Origin: Octopus sinensis
Lineage: Eukaryota
DNA: 64,000 bases
NCBI RefSeq assembly: GCF_006345805.1
Contig: NC_043025.1
Location: 992,001 to 1,056,000, forward strand
Direction of reading: 5' to 3'
Below the pieces are notes generated by a model. The model did not search any database, was not told the DNA's origin, and saw nothing but the letters and a program-made list of their open reading frames with translations. A program made the position numbers and the translations under genes. Shown piece by piece: positions 13,450 through 26,164 of the stretch. The stretch's first letter is position 1, and the number at the start of each line of letters is the position of its first letter.

Positions 13450-13539
13450 TAATAATAATAATAATGATAATAATAATAATAATAATATATAATAATAATA
13501 ATAATAATGATAATAATAATACAAATAATGATAATAATG

Positions 13540-13594
<55 letters not shown>

Positions 13595-13596
13595 TG

Positions 13597-13651
<55 letters not shown>

Positions 13652-13653
<2 letters not shown>

Positions 13654-13759
13654 CATGTGCCTGGTGTACCCTTATCAGACGGGTAGTCATGATGGGTATA
13701 TTGGGCTTCGTATATTTTACCCCAGTGTCACTTTGATGGCATGAACTGCTCTCTCACTC
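13652..13759 (+). mobile_element. Element X, short 5'-truncated copy (~108 bp)
   Basis: Matches the last ~110 bp of 8870-9394; (AAT)n on both sides. Confidence 0.85.
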
Positions 13760-13781
13760 AATAATAATATTAATAATAATG

Positions 13782-13833
<52 letters not shown>

Positions 13834-13925
13834 TAATATAATAGTAATAATAATGATAATAATAATAATAATAATAATGATAATAATAATAATAATGATA
13901 ATGATAATAATAATAATATTTATTA

Positions 13926-13970
<45 letters not shown>

Positions 13971-14034
13971 TAATAATAATAATAATAAAATAATAATAAT
14001 AATAATAGTAATAATAATAATAATAATAATAATT

Positions 14035-14328
14035 ATTTGAATAATTCACCTCTGGAAACATGGGTGGTTCTTTCAACATCCTTAAACAACCCTTATTCAG
14101 GGAGCTTTTGTGCGGGATGGGCTACTCAACCTGAAGAAAATTCTAACTGGGCCCCACCTGCAAGATCATGTGCTGTTTATCTTGATATGAGATCACCATG
14201 TCGCGCACATATGGTTGTGATGGATGTGCCTGGTGTACCCTTATCAGACGGGTAGTCATGATGGGTATATTGGGCTTCGTATATTTTACTCCAGTGTCAC
14301 TTTGAACGCATGCACGGCTCTCTCACTC
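14035..14328 (+). mobile_element. Element X, medium 5'-truncated copy (~294 bp)
   Basis: Matches the 3' ~300 bp of 8870-9394; (AAT)n on both sides. Confidence 0.85.
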
Positions 14329-14387
<59 letters not shown>

Positions 14388-14408
14388 TAATAATAATGAT
14401 GATAATAA

Positions 14409-14830
14409 CTTCTACTAAAGGCAGAAGGCCTGAAATTTGAGGAAGGATGATGAGTCAATTACAATGACCCCAGTGTTTCACTGGTAGTTAATTTATTGAC
14501 CCCTGAAAGGATGAAAGTGAAAGTCTACCTTGGTGGAATTTGAACTCAGAACATAAAGGTGAATAAAATGCTGCTAAGCATTTTGTCCAATGTGCTAATG
14601 TTTCTGCCAACTTGCCGCCATAATGATGAAGATGATGATGATGATGATGAAGATAAAAATAATTTTGGTAAAGTGGAATATATAGTCCATTAATCAACCC
14701 CAGTACTCAACTGGTACCTATTTTACTGACCCTAACAGGATGAAAGGCAAAGCCAGCTTCATGGTAATCAGAATTTGGAATGTAAAGTCAGAAGAAATGC
14801 TACTAAGCGTTTTGCCTGATGTGCTCATAT
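14409..14830 (-). mobile_element. Two tandem tRNA-type SINE copies
   Basis: Two copies of 'ccccagt..actggtac..ttattgaccc..aggatgaaaggcaaag..gaatttg..ctaagc..gtgcta'; also at 53630-54060. Confidence 0.8.
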
Positions 14831-16748
14831 TTCCGTCACCTTAACAACAATAACAACAACAATACTAATAATAAAATGTGCTGTTTAGCCCTTGGTCAAC
14901 CTGACTGTGCAGGCCTGAGATCAAAAGCATCTAGCTGTGACCATCCTGTCTTTTTCCTATTTGCAATGACCATATAACCATGTGAGTTCACATGTCCTTG
15001 TTTTAAGATACGAGACAGATGTGGCTGCTACATCTAACAGACCGAACCACCACATACACGATCTCTCATTGGTTCATTATTAGCTTGTGCAAATAAATAG
15101 ACAGGAACAGTTTGACAGGACCCTGCTTAGATTTTCAGTAGACGCATCAGATAGCATTTTTATCTGATGTATGTACTTACTACTACCACAGATAACTGTG
15201 GTTGTTCAATAGGATTGAGTATTGGGTATATCTATTGATGAGGGGTCTATTCATATCTGTTCCCTGTCTTCAGTCATCATATGTTGTCAGAATCATAAGG
15301 ACGCCTTCCTCACACTCATATTTGGGTATTTTAAACATGATGTAGCTAACCCCTCTCTCTGTCAAACACAGTGGAATCTTTCAAAGAAAGAGAGAGAGAG
15401 ATGAGAGAGAGAAGAGAGAAAGAGAGAGAGAATGATGAGAGTGCAAAATATAATGATGTGTTCCTTTCAGTACCTGATGTTGTATTGAAAGAATGAAAAA
15501 GCAAAAGTTGACGTTGATGGGATTTGAACTCAGGGCACAGAATGCCAGAATGACTACTTCAATACATTCTAAGCAATCCGCTAACAATCCTGTCGAATCC
15601 CCAAGTAACAACTGGCAGGTATTTAATGCATGGAACATGCTTGGATGGAGTTGAAAGGCAAGGGGAGGAGTAATCCCTGTTTTCTTTACCAGTGAGTGTT
15701 GCTAATTAAACCATCACCCATGTTGCTAATTGCACTTTAATTAGCAGATCGTTTGCAGTCATTATCTCCTGTGTTAACATTTCCTTTATTACATTTGACA
15801 GCAGTTCATTATAAAAGATCTATTTGAAATGTCTCATCTTGTCAATCGGCTTCTACTATTGGTTATTAATAACCAAATTTTGAAATATTTTCATAATGAT
15901 GCCTTTAATGGACTTATGTCTGCAAGTTTATTTGAAGTATGATAATTTTTTTGTTTTTATTCTAGTTTGTGAATTTGTTTCATATAAAATTTTGCATGAA
16001 GTCACTACGTTTTACCCCCTTAATACTTTGGTTTGATTTTAAAAATTTTTAAAAGTAAAGCAAGATAAAAAGAAAAGAAAAAACAGTTTTCATTAGAGCA
16101 GTGTTATATATTTTTAATATAAAAATGAGAAATTTAAAAGCAATATTTGAACAGCATTGTTAAAAACAAACACATTGTGTAATTCCTTCTGTCAAATTAT
16201 AATTCTTCAGAAAGAAGAACAAGCATATCAATGTATTCTGTTTTTAATTTAATTATTTCTTCTCAATTCAATTTAGCTGTTTTCAAATTATTTCAGAGAT
16301 TGCACTTGTGTAGATAATGCAACACTTAAGGGACATTGATAATTGAACAAGACAAGTTTACATATTTTCAGTTAATAATCTCATTACTTAATTCAACAGG
16401 AATAATCCTTACAAGAGTCTTCCCACACCACCACCTCTCCTCCCGCTCATCCTTCCACACCTTCTCTTCAGGCTAAAAAATTATTCTCAATTTTCAGTTT
16501 TCCAGGAAGCAACGAATGTATCTGCCAATAATGTTCCCAAACATATTTTTGATATTGTTGAGCAACAGACAACTGACTAAAATCATTATTATTATTATTA
16601 TATTATTATTATTATATTAACATATTGAATTCTTCAGGCTGAATTACCTATAAAAGTATTTATATTGGAGTATTAGAGTGGATGGGGGGATGGGGGGAAG
16701 GAAGAATATTTTTAAATCCTTCATTTACTGATGAAGTAATTTAATTAC

Positions 16749-17288
16749 ACAAAGACCCGCAGACAAGTGAGACATAAACCCGTGGCCTCTACACGGGATG
16801 TAGCCAGTCCACTTATGCATACCGCTCCTTTTGGGACACAAAACTCTACTTGTGAAGACCTGTTGAGGCAAGTGAGAATCGTAATCGATCAGCATCAATG
16901 GAAATTGCAGATGTGATACTAGTGCCGGTGGCACGTAAGAGAACCATCCGAACGTGGCTGTTGCCAGCGCCGCCCCGACTGGCCTCATGCGGTGGCACGT
17001 AAAAAGCACCATCCGTTCGTGGCCGTTTGCCAGACTCGCCTGGCCCCGCCTCGTGCAGGTGGCACGTAAAAAGCACCATCCAATCGTGGCCGTTTGCCAG
17101 ACGGGTCTGGCACCTGTGCCGGTGGCACGTTAAAAAGCACCCACTACACTCAAGGAGTGGTTGGCGTTAGGAAGGGATCCAGCCGTAGAAACATTGCCAG
17201 ATCAGAGGGCCTGCTGGCTTCCCAGACCCAGTTGAACCGTCCAACCCATGCCAGCATGGAAAGCGGACGCAAAACGATGATGATGATA
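16749..17288 (+). mobile_element. SINE-like repeat with internal 'tggcacgtaaaaagcacc' repeats and (GAT)n tail
   Basis: Four internal repeats, tail 'acgatgatgatgat'; missing from the duplicate, where the flanks are nearly adjacent (~55288). Confidence 0.8.
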
Positions 17289-17439
17289 TGATTTTATGAG
17301 TTTAAAATTAACAAAAGACACTGGAACGCCATCCTTCTCCACCGCCATTAATACAAGATAATGAGAAACATAATCCAACCAACATCTATTTCACAAAGAC
17401 ACAAATATTAAAGTAAACAATTCTTGAAAAAAACTTTCT

Positions 17440-18700
17440 TTTTTGTTTTTCTTTTTTGGTTTTTCAAAGAATTTCATTCTCGTTGCTTTCTTTGAAATGT
17501 ACAGTCCAGTTTTCCTTATTCTTGTTCCAAACAATCCGTCAATTTCTCGACTCTCTCTCTCAACAGTACTGCTCTTTCCTCGCTACCAACACCTCTTCAT
17601 CAGTCTTACTCTTATTAAATTCTTCACCTTTGCATCTTTCCTCAATTCACACAATCTTATCGCAAATTATCATCATTCAGTCGGCTGCTTTCTTTGCCTC
17701 ACATATTCCATTCTCCTCCTTACTTCCCCTTTCACTCTCATATTTCTCCTCTTTGTCTATTTCTTCTCTCCTTCTTGTGTTTGGCTCTGGGGTTCGATTT
17801 TCACTGTCTCTTTTCTCTACTAATTTTTTCTCTTGTACTTTTACCGCTTTTTTCTTCTTTTTCAGTTTTGGGCGGTGACTCCGCACTTGTTCTTTTTCTG
17901 CCCCCTATTTCCTCCTCCTTTTCCTCCACCACTATTACTTCCTCACCTCTGCTTAGTTCTCCGTTCTTTCCTCGTCTCGGGGACACCTTTTCATGTGTCC
18001 TCTTGTACCGCATTATAACATATGGAGGCTTCCCCTCCACCACAATTTCTCAGCCGGGTGTCATCGGGGAGCACCAACTCCTCTGCTATCTTGTGCAAGT
18101 CAAGCAGGGTATATGGACCAAGATTTCCAGTCTAAATCCCCATCAGTTTATCTCAGCCAATTTTGCCACCTTGATAATCTTGGTCTCCTCCTCACAGTTG
18201 TACAGGATAGCTTCCAACAGCCATTCCTCCTCTATTTTGGGTGGCACTCTCCCTATCTGTACTCTTGCCACTCTTTTACTACATTAGGTAGCAAAAGTGC
18301 CCACCTGGCTGATCTCAACAGCATCGTGGAGTACTTTTTCGTTTCCCCTCATTCACGAAGTGAACCTCCACCGTGCCGTACTTCCTTCCCACGAGATAAA
18401 AACGTCGTTACTCACTTCACTTCGCTCAGGCATTCCTCTGCTACTTCCACTCTTTTTGTTTCTACATCCAGCATTCTGTATATTATTATTTCCTCTCGCT
18501 CTTTCCATCGCTTCTCCGGGGGTATCAGCCTAGGCAGTCTCCCTCTTTTTTAAATAATCCTTGTACTTTCCGAAATCCTTCTGCTCCAACACCAATTCTT
18601 TTCAATCGCAGAATGTCAGCTGGCAGGCATTTGCCCGCCACTGCGGGTGTAACTGCCTATTCGTTGTTCCTCCATTTCACCCAAAAATGGGGAAGAGAAA
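17440..18700 (-). mobile_element. LINE ORF1 relic with CCHC zinc knuckle
   Basis: Minus-strand pieces across frames: GRKYGTVEVHFVNE / KKYSTMLLRSARWALL / LVLPDDTRLR / VEGKPP then C-x2-C-x4-H-x4-C-like (CY..CGTRGHMKR..P), followed by a Lys/Glu-rich tail. Confidence 0.65.
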
Positions 18701-19427
18701 GAAAACAACATTAACAAACAATTAACAAATCTCAAAAATATAACAGTATCCAAAGTACAACAATGCACAACTCGCATCGACAATGCTATTCAAATTTTCT
18801 AACACCCACAAAAGAAAACAACATTATTTCATTACTTAAACATGCAATTGGTTGTTGTTAATAGAAATTCAAACGCGCCGGTTTCAAATTCCCGTAAGCT
18901 TATACAATTTTATTACAACCATTTTATTTCTATACACTTTCAAAGAGTAGATGAAAACCTATGGTTGCAGAAGAAAGGGATCACCTCAGAAAATTTAAAG
19001 TTTTGGGCCCAAAAAACTTAAGGATGGAAGGGATTCCTTAACACATAGCTTCATACTTATTTATATTTACTCTGAAGTAAGGGTCCCTCAAAATAACAGA
19101 CATTCCCAAGAATATCTTTTTCATTACTCTTTAAACCATGTATATAAGAGGCAATCATGTGGGCCCTATGCCTACTGTACTGCCTTTATAAAATCTATCT
19201 AAATTACCCTCCTCTTTAGCAGCCGCATGACTAATCTAAAAGTTTAACCCAGCAGACTAGTTCAAATTTTCTGACACCCAGCCACCAAAAAAACGAATTA
19301 TTTTATTGCTAATCATGCAGGTGGTCGTTGTTAATAGAAATCCAAACCGTATTAACATACACATATACACATATATTTGTATATACATATATATATACAC
19401 ATACACACACACCTATATTTGCATATA

Positions 19428-19470
19428 GCCGAGCCGAGCCGAGGCGAGCCGAGCCGAGTCGAGCCGAGCC
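19428..19470 (+). repeat. (GCCGA)n pentanucleotide run
   Basis: gccgagccgagccgaggcgagccgagccgagtcgagccgagcc read directly. Confidence 0.9.
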
Positions 19471-19479
19471 TGGCCCCCA

Positions 19480-19700
19480 TAGCGCTCATTGTGGGGTCGT
19501 AGCCTTGGACAGTGAGCCAATGGCTCCCAGAGCGAGGTCTTTGCAAGCAGAGTTTAGTGTCCAATGAAGGAAAGGTACGCATAAGTAGGTGGTTACACCC
19601 GCTGGCATAGGCCATGAGGTTATGGTCTCACTGGGCTTGTAACCCATAAAAGCCCTCAATGACTCAACAGAGCTCAGAAAACACGTCCTCCTCCGCCACG
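19480..19700 (-). mobile_element. SINE fragment related to the 5' part of 16749-17288
   Basis: Minus strand 'agtgagaccataacc..tggcct..cttatgcgtacc..ggacactaaactctgcttg..aagacct' parallels 16765-16865. Confidence 0.65.
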
Positions 19701-20192
19701 TCACCTTCAACACCATGGAGTTATTTAAACTAATACAGAACTCTGATTAATTAGTCATGGTTCTAACAAGGAATGCTCACACCGAACCTGATCATGTCAA
19801 GACTACATCACTCACTTCTGACATTTCCTTTTATTTTTTAACTGGTTCCAATCAGACTGTGGCCAACTGGAGCACTGATTTCAGAGTTTTTTGATTTTAT
19901 TCAGACTTGTACTTCTGTACTTTTCACTGGTGGTGTTGGTGATGGCAGTGGCGGAAGTTTGACAAAAACCCCTCAGATACCAAAGATAAGTTCATTAAAA
20001 AGACAAACAAAATAAAAAAAAACAGTAAAGAACAATAAAAGTTGAAAGCTTTCTTCTTTCTTTCGAAAATGGTTTCTCATTCGATGGTTGATGCGATGAA
20101 AGGAGACTGAATGAATTTTGTTAACTTTAGTCATGGTTTGGGCCAAAGTTTATTAATTTGCATCTCTTAATGCTAATTAATTATTAGAAGCC

Positions 20193-20700
20193 ATGAGTGC
20201 AGGTGTGGCTTTGTGGTTGGGAAGTTGGCTTCCCACTCATATGATCCTGGGTTCAGTCCCACCCTGTGTGGCACTTGGGCAAGTGTCTTCTACTACATCC
20301 CCAGACCAAGCACAGCCTTGGGAGTGGATTGGTAGACAGAAACTGAAAGAAGGTGGCGTGCTGGCAGAAACGTTAGCACGCCGGGCGAAATGCTTAGCGT
20401 ATTCATCTGCCGCTACGTTCTGTGTTCAAATTCCACCGTGGTCGCCATTGCTGAACGCAAAACTGCACACCAGGAATGGGTTTCAATTCCTATATATATA
20501 CCTTTATCTTTTACTTTAGTCATTTCACTGCAGCTATGCTGGGGCATATGGAATATGAGAAGAGAGAGAGATAAGAAGGGTTTTAGTCGAACAATTGTTT
20601 TTAAGGTCTGGACTTATTCTATTGGTCTCCTTTGCACCCAAACCTCAAAGTTATGGGGAAGTAAACACACCAACACTGGTTGTCAACTGGCGGTAAAGAG
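20193..20700 (+). mobile_element. Nested SINE cluster
   Basis: tRNA-like head 'gtgtggct.tgtggt...gggttcagtccca', second-family head 'ctggcagaaacgttagcacgccgggcgaaatgcttagc', and a 'ttttagtcg..acttattctattggtctc' body. Confidence 0.8.
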
Positions 20701-21394
20701 ACTTGCTTTACCAAAAGGTGAGGGCGCCTCACTCCCAGTTGTTTCAGCACGCCGGACACCATCCCGGAATTTCTGCGTACCGTGCTAAATTTATTGGATG
20801 GCCGTTGACTCTCAAGAGGTCCTCCGCCCTTTGACGGGTTTTGTTTTTCATCCCGCAGGGTGTCCAATAAACACCCTCCTCACAAAGCAAGCTTGTATTG
20901 GGTTACATGTTACCAATAGCACTCGAAAGTGACCTGACTGCTACGTACATATGAACTAACTGTTCATGATATATATCGAAAATCAATAGTCATACGAAAA
21001 ATCAAAAATGAATTCACTTACCTTCGAGTCCAAAATAACTTTCAAAGAGGATTCTTCCAGAAACTGAAGATTTAAAAACAACTGAAAAAGTCATCGTTTT
21101 TTCCACTGTTTTTCATTTAAAGATGGCTTTCGTTACATCATCCTAAAGACAATGCCTAAGCCCATTCTACGGCAAAAAAACAACTTAACTAAACTATTCT
21201 TAACCCTTTTGTACTTTTTGGTCAGAAACATTTTGGAGGTAAAGTAAACAATCATCAAGATATCGACCTCTATTGATGTTTGGGAAATGGTCTGCCATTT
21301 CCGAAAGTATATATATTCAGACCAAATCAGCTACTTGTGCTGAAGCAGATCTTCCCATCGTGACATCAAAACCATTAGGTGAGTCTTTATAGGC

Positions 21395-21401
21395 CCACAC
21401 A

Positions 21402-21453
<52 letters not shown>

Positions 21454-22055
21454 TATATATATATATATAAAACAGTGAGTTGTGGGGTATCGCACGACGA
21501 GGGGGATTATGATAGACAAAAAAGGTTTGAAAATGTGTGTATATATATATTATTGTATACGTACGTGTATGTGTATGCATTGTATGTATGTGTATTGTGT
21601 GTATAGTGGGTACATCTATGTTGTGTATGTAAACACTATTTATTGTATATATGTATTAATGTTATATGCATTGTCTTATTATAGATGTATTTGCGTATGT
21701 ATATTGCATGCATATATTGTGTATGTATATACTTACATGCTGTATGTGTGTATTGTATGTGTGTATATATATGCTAGGTGTATTGTGTGATATTTATATT
21801 ATGTATGTATGTGCGTGTGTGTGTGTGTGTGTGTGTGGTGTGTGTGTGTGTTGTGTGTTGTATGTGTGTATATATCTGTGTATGTTATATATAGATACAT
21901 GTTATATTTGTGTGCTGTGGTGTTTATGTAATATATGTGAGGGCGTTAGGTGTGGGTGTGTGTGTTCTGTGTGTGTGTGTGTGTTGTTTGTATGTGGTGT
22001 GTGTTTGTATACTAGTGTGTGTGTGTGTGTGTATGTGTATATATATGTGTGTGAC
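21395..22055 (+). repeat. Degenerate (CA)/(TA)/(TG) low-complexity tract
   Basis: Read directly. Confidence 0.9.
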
Positions 22056-22132
22056 AAAACAGACGCTATAGACCAGCAGGCACGGACAATCTATTCACAC
22101 CCGCATACTACCTCTGATAACCCAAAATCATT

Positions 22133-22210
22133 ATGCATAAAGGGGAAGTATACACCACATGGCTACTTCTCCTTTTCTCTCAGTTCAGCCTTTCTGCTAA
22201 ATACCGACAG
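22133..22210 (+). CDS. Putative first exon, signal peptide MHKGEVYTTWLLLLFSQFSLSA
   Basis: ATG, hydrophobic core, small residues at -3/-1, cag|gtcagt donor. Ends in phase 0 as assembled; needs one extra base (e.g. in 'gctaaatacc') to join the next phase-1 exon. Confidence 0.45.
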
Positions 22211-22247
22211 GTCAGTAAAAAACATATTTCTCGCCTTGAACTTAAAA

Positions 22248-22347
22248 NNNNNNNNNNNNNNNNNNNNNNNNNNNNNNNNNNNNNNNNNNNNNNNNNNNNN
22301 NNNNNNNNNNNNNNNNNNNNNNNNNNNNNNNNNNNNNNNNNNNNNNN
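22248..22347. other. Assembly gap (100 N)
   Basis: Run of n. Confidence 1.
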
Positions 22348-22409
22348 CCAGTAAGAAGAATTTTAGAGAATTGATACATCTTTATTGGGATAATTTGACC
22401 TATTTTAAG

Positions 22410-22498
22410 TTGGGCGATGTGTGACAGTGCGATGCGGTTTTGATACAGACCGTGATCCGATGGCCATATCTACTTGTGATCCGAGAGGTTTGGACACT
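22410..22498 (+). CDS. Three-finger/LU-like domain, exon 1 (GRCVTVRCGFDTDRDPMAISTCDPRGLDT)
   Basis: tttaag| acceptor, act|gtaagc donor, phase 1 to 0, open frame, three Cys. Confidence 0.65.
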
Positions 22499-22760
22499 GT
22501 AAGCATTTAAAACATGATTTTTGAATACTAAATAGCAATAAATTTTACAGAAGTTTGCTTATGCTGTTAATTTTCAACAATTCGGAAACTGTTTTACGGT
22601 TTCACTTATTGCTTTTGGGTATTTTAAAGCAATGATTAAACTTACTTGCATGGTAAACATCCCCAGTGGTGTTGTTTCTGTTGTTGTTGCTGTAATTAGC
22701 AGTAATCGTCCTAATAAATATTGTTGTTGTAGTGTATAATTTTCATATCTATTATTACAG

Positions 22761-22944
22761 CCTGTATGCCGATTCGCAATATCAATGAACGGTGCTAAAC
22801 TGAAGACTGAAAGGTCCTGCAGCACATACAGAAAATGTGTTGAAGCTATGAGAAACAATACCCTTACATGCAATAAACGGACGAATGGCACGTCTTGTAC
22901 TGGTTGTTGCGTCGGACACTTATGTAACAAGAATGATTTCATTG
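22761..22944 (+). CDS. Three-finger/LU-like domain, exon 2 (PVCRFAISMNGAKLKTERSCSTYRKCVEAMRNNTLTCNKRTNGTSCTGCCVGHLCNKNDFI)
   Basis: ttacag| acceptor, g|gtaagt donor, phase 0 to 1; ends in the CC-x4-CN Ly6/uPAR signature. Confidence 0.85.
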
Positions 22945-23159
22945 GTAAGTGTTATTTATTGTCTAATATAACACTAACAAGTTTATTACAAATTGATAGT
23001 TAATAAGAACATTTTATAGTAATTAATATACGGGAAAATATTTTGATGTGTGTATACTATTTGCAATGCTCTCTCTCCCTCTCTCCCTTTCCCCCTCTCT
23101 CTCCCTCTCTCCCTCTCCCCCTCTCTCTCTCTCTCTCTAACACACACACACTCACTCAC

Positions 23160-23452
23160 AGATGGAATCAAACACCACGACATGAAGGAAAAGAATAAAA
23201 GAGAGCACTTTTGGCGTGTGAGCAAATTATTGGTTACAAAGCTGAATGCCTGGAACATAATTTCGGCGATAAACTCGCACGCAGTCGCAGTAGTTCGGAA
23301 TGACGCTGGAAAACTGAAGTGGACAGAGGAGAAGCTAAAGGAGTTGGACAGGAAGTCAAGAAAGGTCCTATCGATGTATGGAACAAATCATCCATGTGCA
23401 GGCATTGATAGCCGATACACGAAGAGAGCGACAGGAAGAAAGGGAATGATAA

Positions 23453-23455
<3 letters not shown>
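23160..23455 (+). mobile_element. Decayed REL-retrotransposon RT C-terminal fragment (intronic)
   Basis: KLNAWNIISAINSHAVAVVR...WTEEKLKELDRKSRKVLSMYG..HP parallels family 1/2 proteins; longer duplicate at 31490-32300. Confidence 0.8.
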
Positions 23456-23511
<56 letters not shown>

Positions 23512-23917
23512 TTATTATTTGAGTGAATAAAATCCAAACTTACAAGGGAAAAATTAAATTTAGAAATACTAAATCAAATTTCACACAATATAAGATATAT
23601 AAAAAATTAAAATAAAAAAAAACAGCTTTTATCAATTCAAAATGAACAATTATATTACACCATCTAGAAAATTACATATAATAGAAATATAAAAAATAAC
23701 TAACAATTAAATGTCAATGCTTAAGTAAATTGCAAATAATAATAATAATAAAAACGTATATAATAGGAGGAATAAGAATAATATATATATATATAGTATT
23801 GTAAGTGTATATGTGATTATGAATGTATATTTTTATCTACGTATGTGGGTTTTATGTGCATCTATGACGTGTGTCTCATTTATAAACGCAGCGATTATTT
23901 TCTATATCAATCCATAG

Positions 23918-24000
23918 GATGGACCAAATCCCTCGTATTTCGTTTGATTTTTAAAAAGTTCAACGCATATAAAATCCCCGCTGAGAACATATCAAGAGCC
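23918..24000 (+). CDS. SEA-like domain exon 1 (GWTKSLVFRLIFKKFNAYKIPAENISRA)
   Basis: ccatag| and gcc|gtgagt, phase 1 to 0; in-frame paralog with the same splice sites at 34546-34628. Confidence 0.8.
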
Positions 24001-24626
24001 GTGAGTAGATATCTGCCCTCTCTCTCTCTCTCCTCCACACAGACGCGCGTGCGCGCACACATATGCACTGACATGCGCACACATGCATCACACACACATC
24101 CACACACTCTCACTCTCACGCACAAATACACACACACACACATGCATGTTTTATAGAAGAAATGTGAAACATCAAATAATAGTGAGGTTTCATGAAATTC
24201 AGACATTCAACTCCATTTACTGATAGTAAACTATTACATAAAAACTTTCTTTTTTAACTTACTGAATTTTTGCTGGTCAATAAAAAGACTGTTCTATCCA
24301 CTATTTTGTCTTTATATATTCCGTCATATAATTTCCGATTCTGACAAGTAAATAAAATCTACTCAATATTCACTAATCTTGTGTTTACACACACAGACAC
24401 ACACAGACACAGACACAGACACACACACACACACACACACACACACCACACACACACACACATACCCACACACACAAATAACCATATGTAATCCACACAC
24501 TTCCTTTTGGTAATATTTTTCTTCTCAACATTTTCGTTTTCCTTTCTGAAAAAGAGATATGCTCGAACATTAAAAACCCTCTCATTTCCCCCACTTTACC
24601 GAGTCTCAAGCTAATATATTTATATA

Positions 24627-24938
24627 TAATTATATTCTCAAACGCAGGGTAATGCTAATAGTATAGCATGAACAGGATAAAGTATTCACATGTTGCCGAA
24701 AACTCTGTCGGCGGCCAGATTACGCGTCTTATAAAGCTAGATGTATATAGCCTAACTTTGCAGAAGTATTTGTCGTTCGCGCAGTTTAGCTTAATGGTAA
24801 AGCACTTGAAGCGTAATCACAGGGGTGTGAGATGTAGTCACATAGCTGGCTGACGACAGATTTATCTGCAAATTATGGATATTTCATCCGGTTCACGTTA
24901 TATCATTAGCATTATCCTGCGTTTCAGAATAAAATTAT
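24627..24938. mobile_element. MITE with ~55-bp imperfect terminal inverted repeats
   Basis: 'attatattctcaaacgcagggtaatgctaat..catgaacaggata' versus the reverse complement of 'tcatccggttcacgttatatcattagcattatcctgcgtttcagaataaaatt'. Confidence 0.7.
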
Positions 24939-24999
24939 TTCTTTATTTTTCAATACATCTCAACGATTTTAAATCAAACTCAGTTTCTTTTATTTAATG

Positions 25000-25051
<52 letters not shown>

Positions 25052-25063
25052 CGGCTTTTGCAG

Positions 25064-25116
25064 ATTGAGCATGACCTTTCAACCGTGACGGGAACATTTA
25101 GAGTTGAAGACTGTGG
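25064..25116 (+). CDS. SEA-like domain exon 2 (IEHDLSTVTGTFRVEDCG)
   Basis: tttgcag| and gg|gtaagc, phase 0 to 2; paralog at 34961-35013. Confidence 0.8.
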
Positions 25117-25333
25117 GTAAGCAAATGCTTCTAACACATTTATTCAAATTTATTTGCTTTTGTTCCAAACATTCGATTTTATCGCATGTATTATACGTCA
25201 CAATAATCAACAGTGTTGTACTTGTGACCCAGAATATATTAATTCATACATTCAATGAAATGTTTAAGTGTTTTATCAATGTTTTATTATACAAAGGACA
25301 AACAACCCATATAAGATAATGATAGAACTGTAT

Positions 25334-25388
<55 letters not shown>

Positions 25389-26164
25389 TACTACGCATAT
25401 ATCGAAACAGGCCATTCTGAAGAAGGGAATTTCCCTTTATTAGTTTGTTCTTTTCCTTGTCTTGTTGTTTTGGAAAGGCTGTTTCCTTGTTGGAAAAGTC
25501 TGTTTCCTTGTGGATTTGTTTGTCTTCGTTTCTCGTTGTGTTCTACGCTTTTTTGTGGTGTCCCTGTACTCATATATGTATATATACGTATAGATGTAGG
25601 TATGTACATATATGTATGTATGTATGCATATGTTTTATTTATTAAATTGCTGTATATATATGTATATATATATACATACATATACATCACACATATATAT
25701 ATACACACATATATATACACACACATATATGGGTGTGTATATATATATAAATTGAGGTGGGTATCGGCAATTTGAAACCAACAAGGAAATAATTCACAGT
25801 CACTAAGTGTGAAAAGAGTGCAGTGAGAACCAGCATTATTAGAAATATTAGTCATAGACTCCTTAGCCACAAAAAGACATATGGTCTGTTTGCATTGACG
25901 GTGGGGAGAACATTCCCCACGGTAAGCCAGATGGATTAGATTAGCATGGCGATTTCTTATAGGAAGTTAATACTCATCAGCAATGCTCACTCCATTACGG
26001 CTGGTGGAGGCTAACTCACGCCTCTCAGTATCATTGAGAATGCCATAGGAATTAGGGACTGATTTCACAAAATGGCAATGTGAAGATTATAAAATATTGA
26101 AGGTAGCTAACACACATTTTAAAACCAACCAGGTAATTATATATATATATATATATATGTATGT

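Noticed and set aside
12757-13736. ORFs of up to 305 aa made of poly-Ile/Leu/Tyr/Asn (also 8696-10611, 49246-50085, 51488-51829)
   Set aside because: Translations of (AAT)n/(ATT)n microsatellite; no coding signal.
16508-16580. Acceptor followed by EATNVSANNVPKHIFDIVEQQTTD*
   Set aside because: No donor or motif support; the block is absent from the duplicate.
20193-20450. tRNA-like A/B boxes (also 29170, 31195, 32570)
   Set aside because: SINE heads; no complete cloverleaf.
20690-20950. GC-richer segment that may be a LINE 5' UTR
   Set aside because: No second copy or coding motif in the window to support a call.
21010-21090. Minus-strand ATG...GAAG|gtaagt mini-exon
   Set aside because: Not hydrophobic enough for a signal peptide and no downstream partner exon found.
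25405-25440. CTGAAGA followed by hairpin AGGG/CCCT
   Set aside because: No GAAA after stem II, so not a hammerhead.
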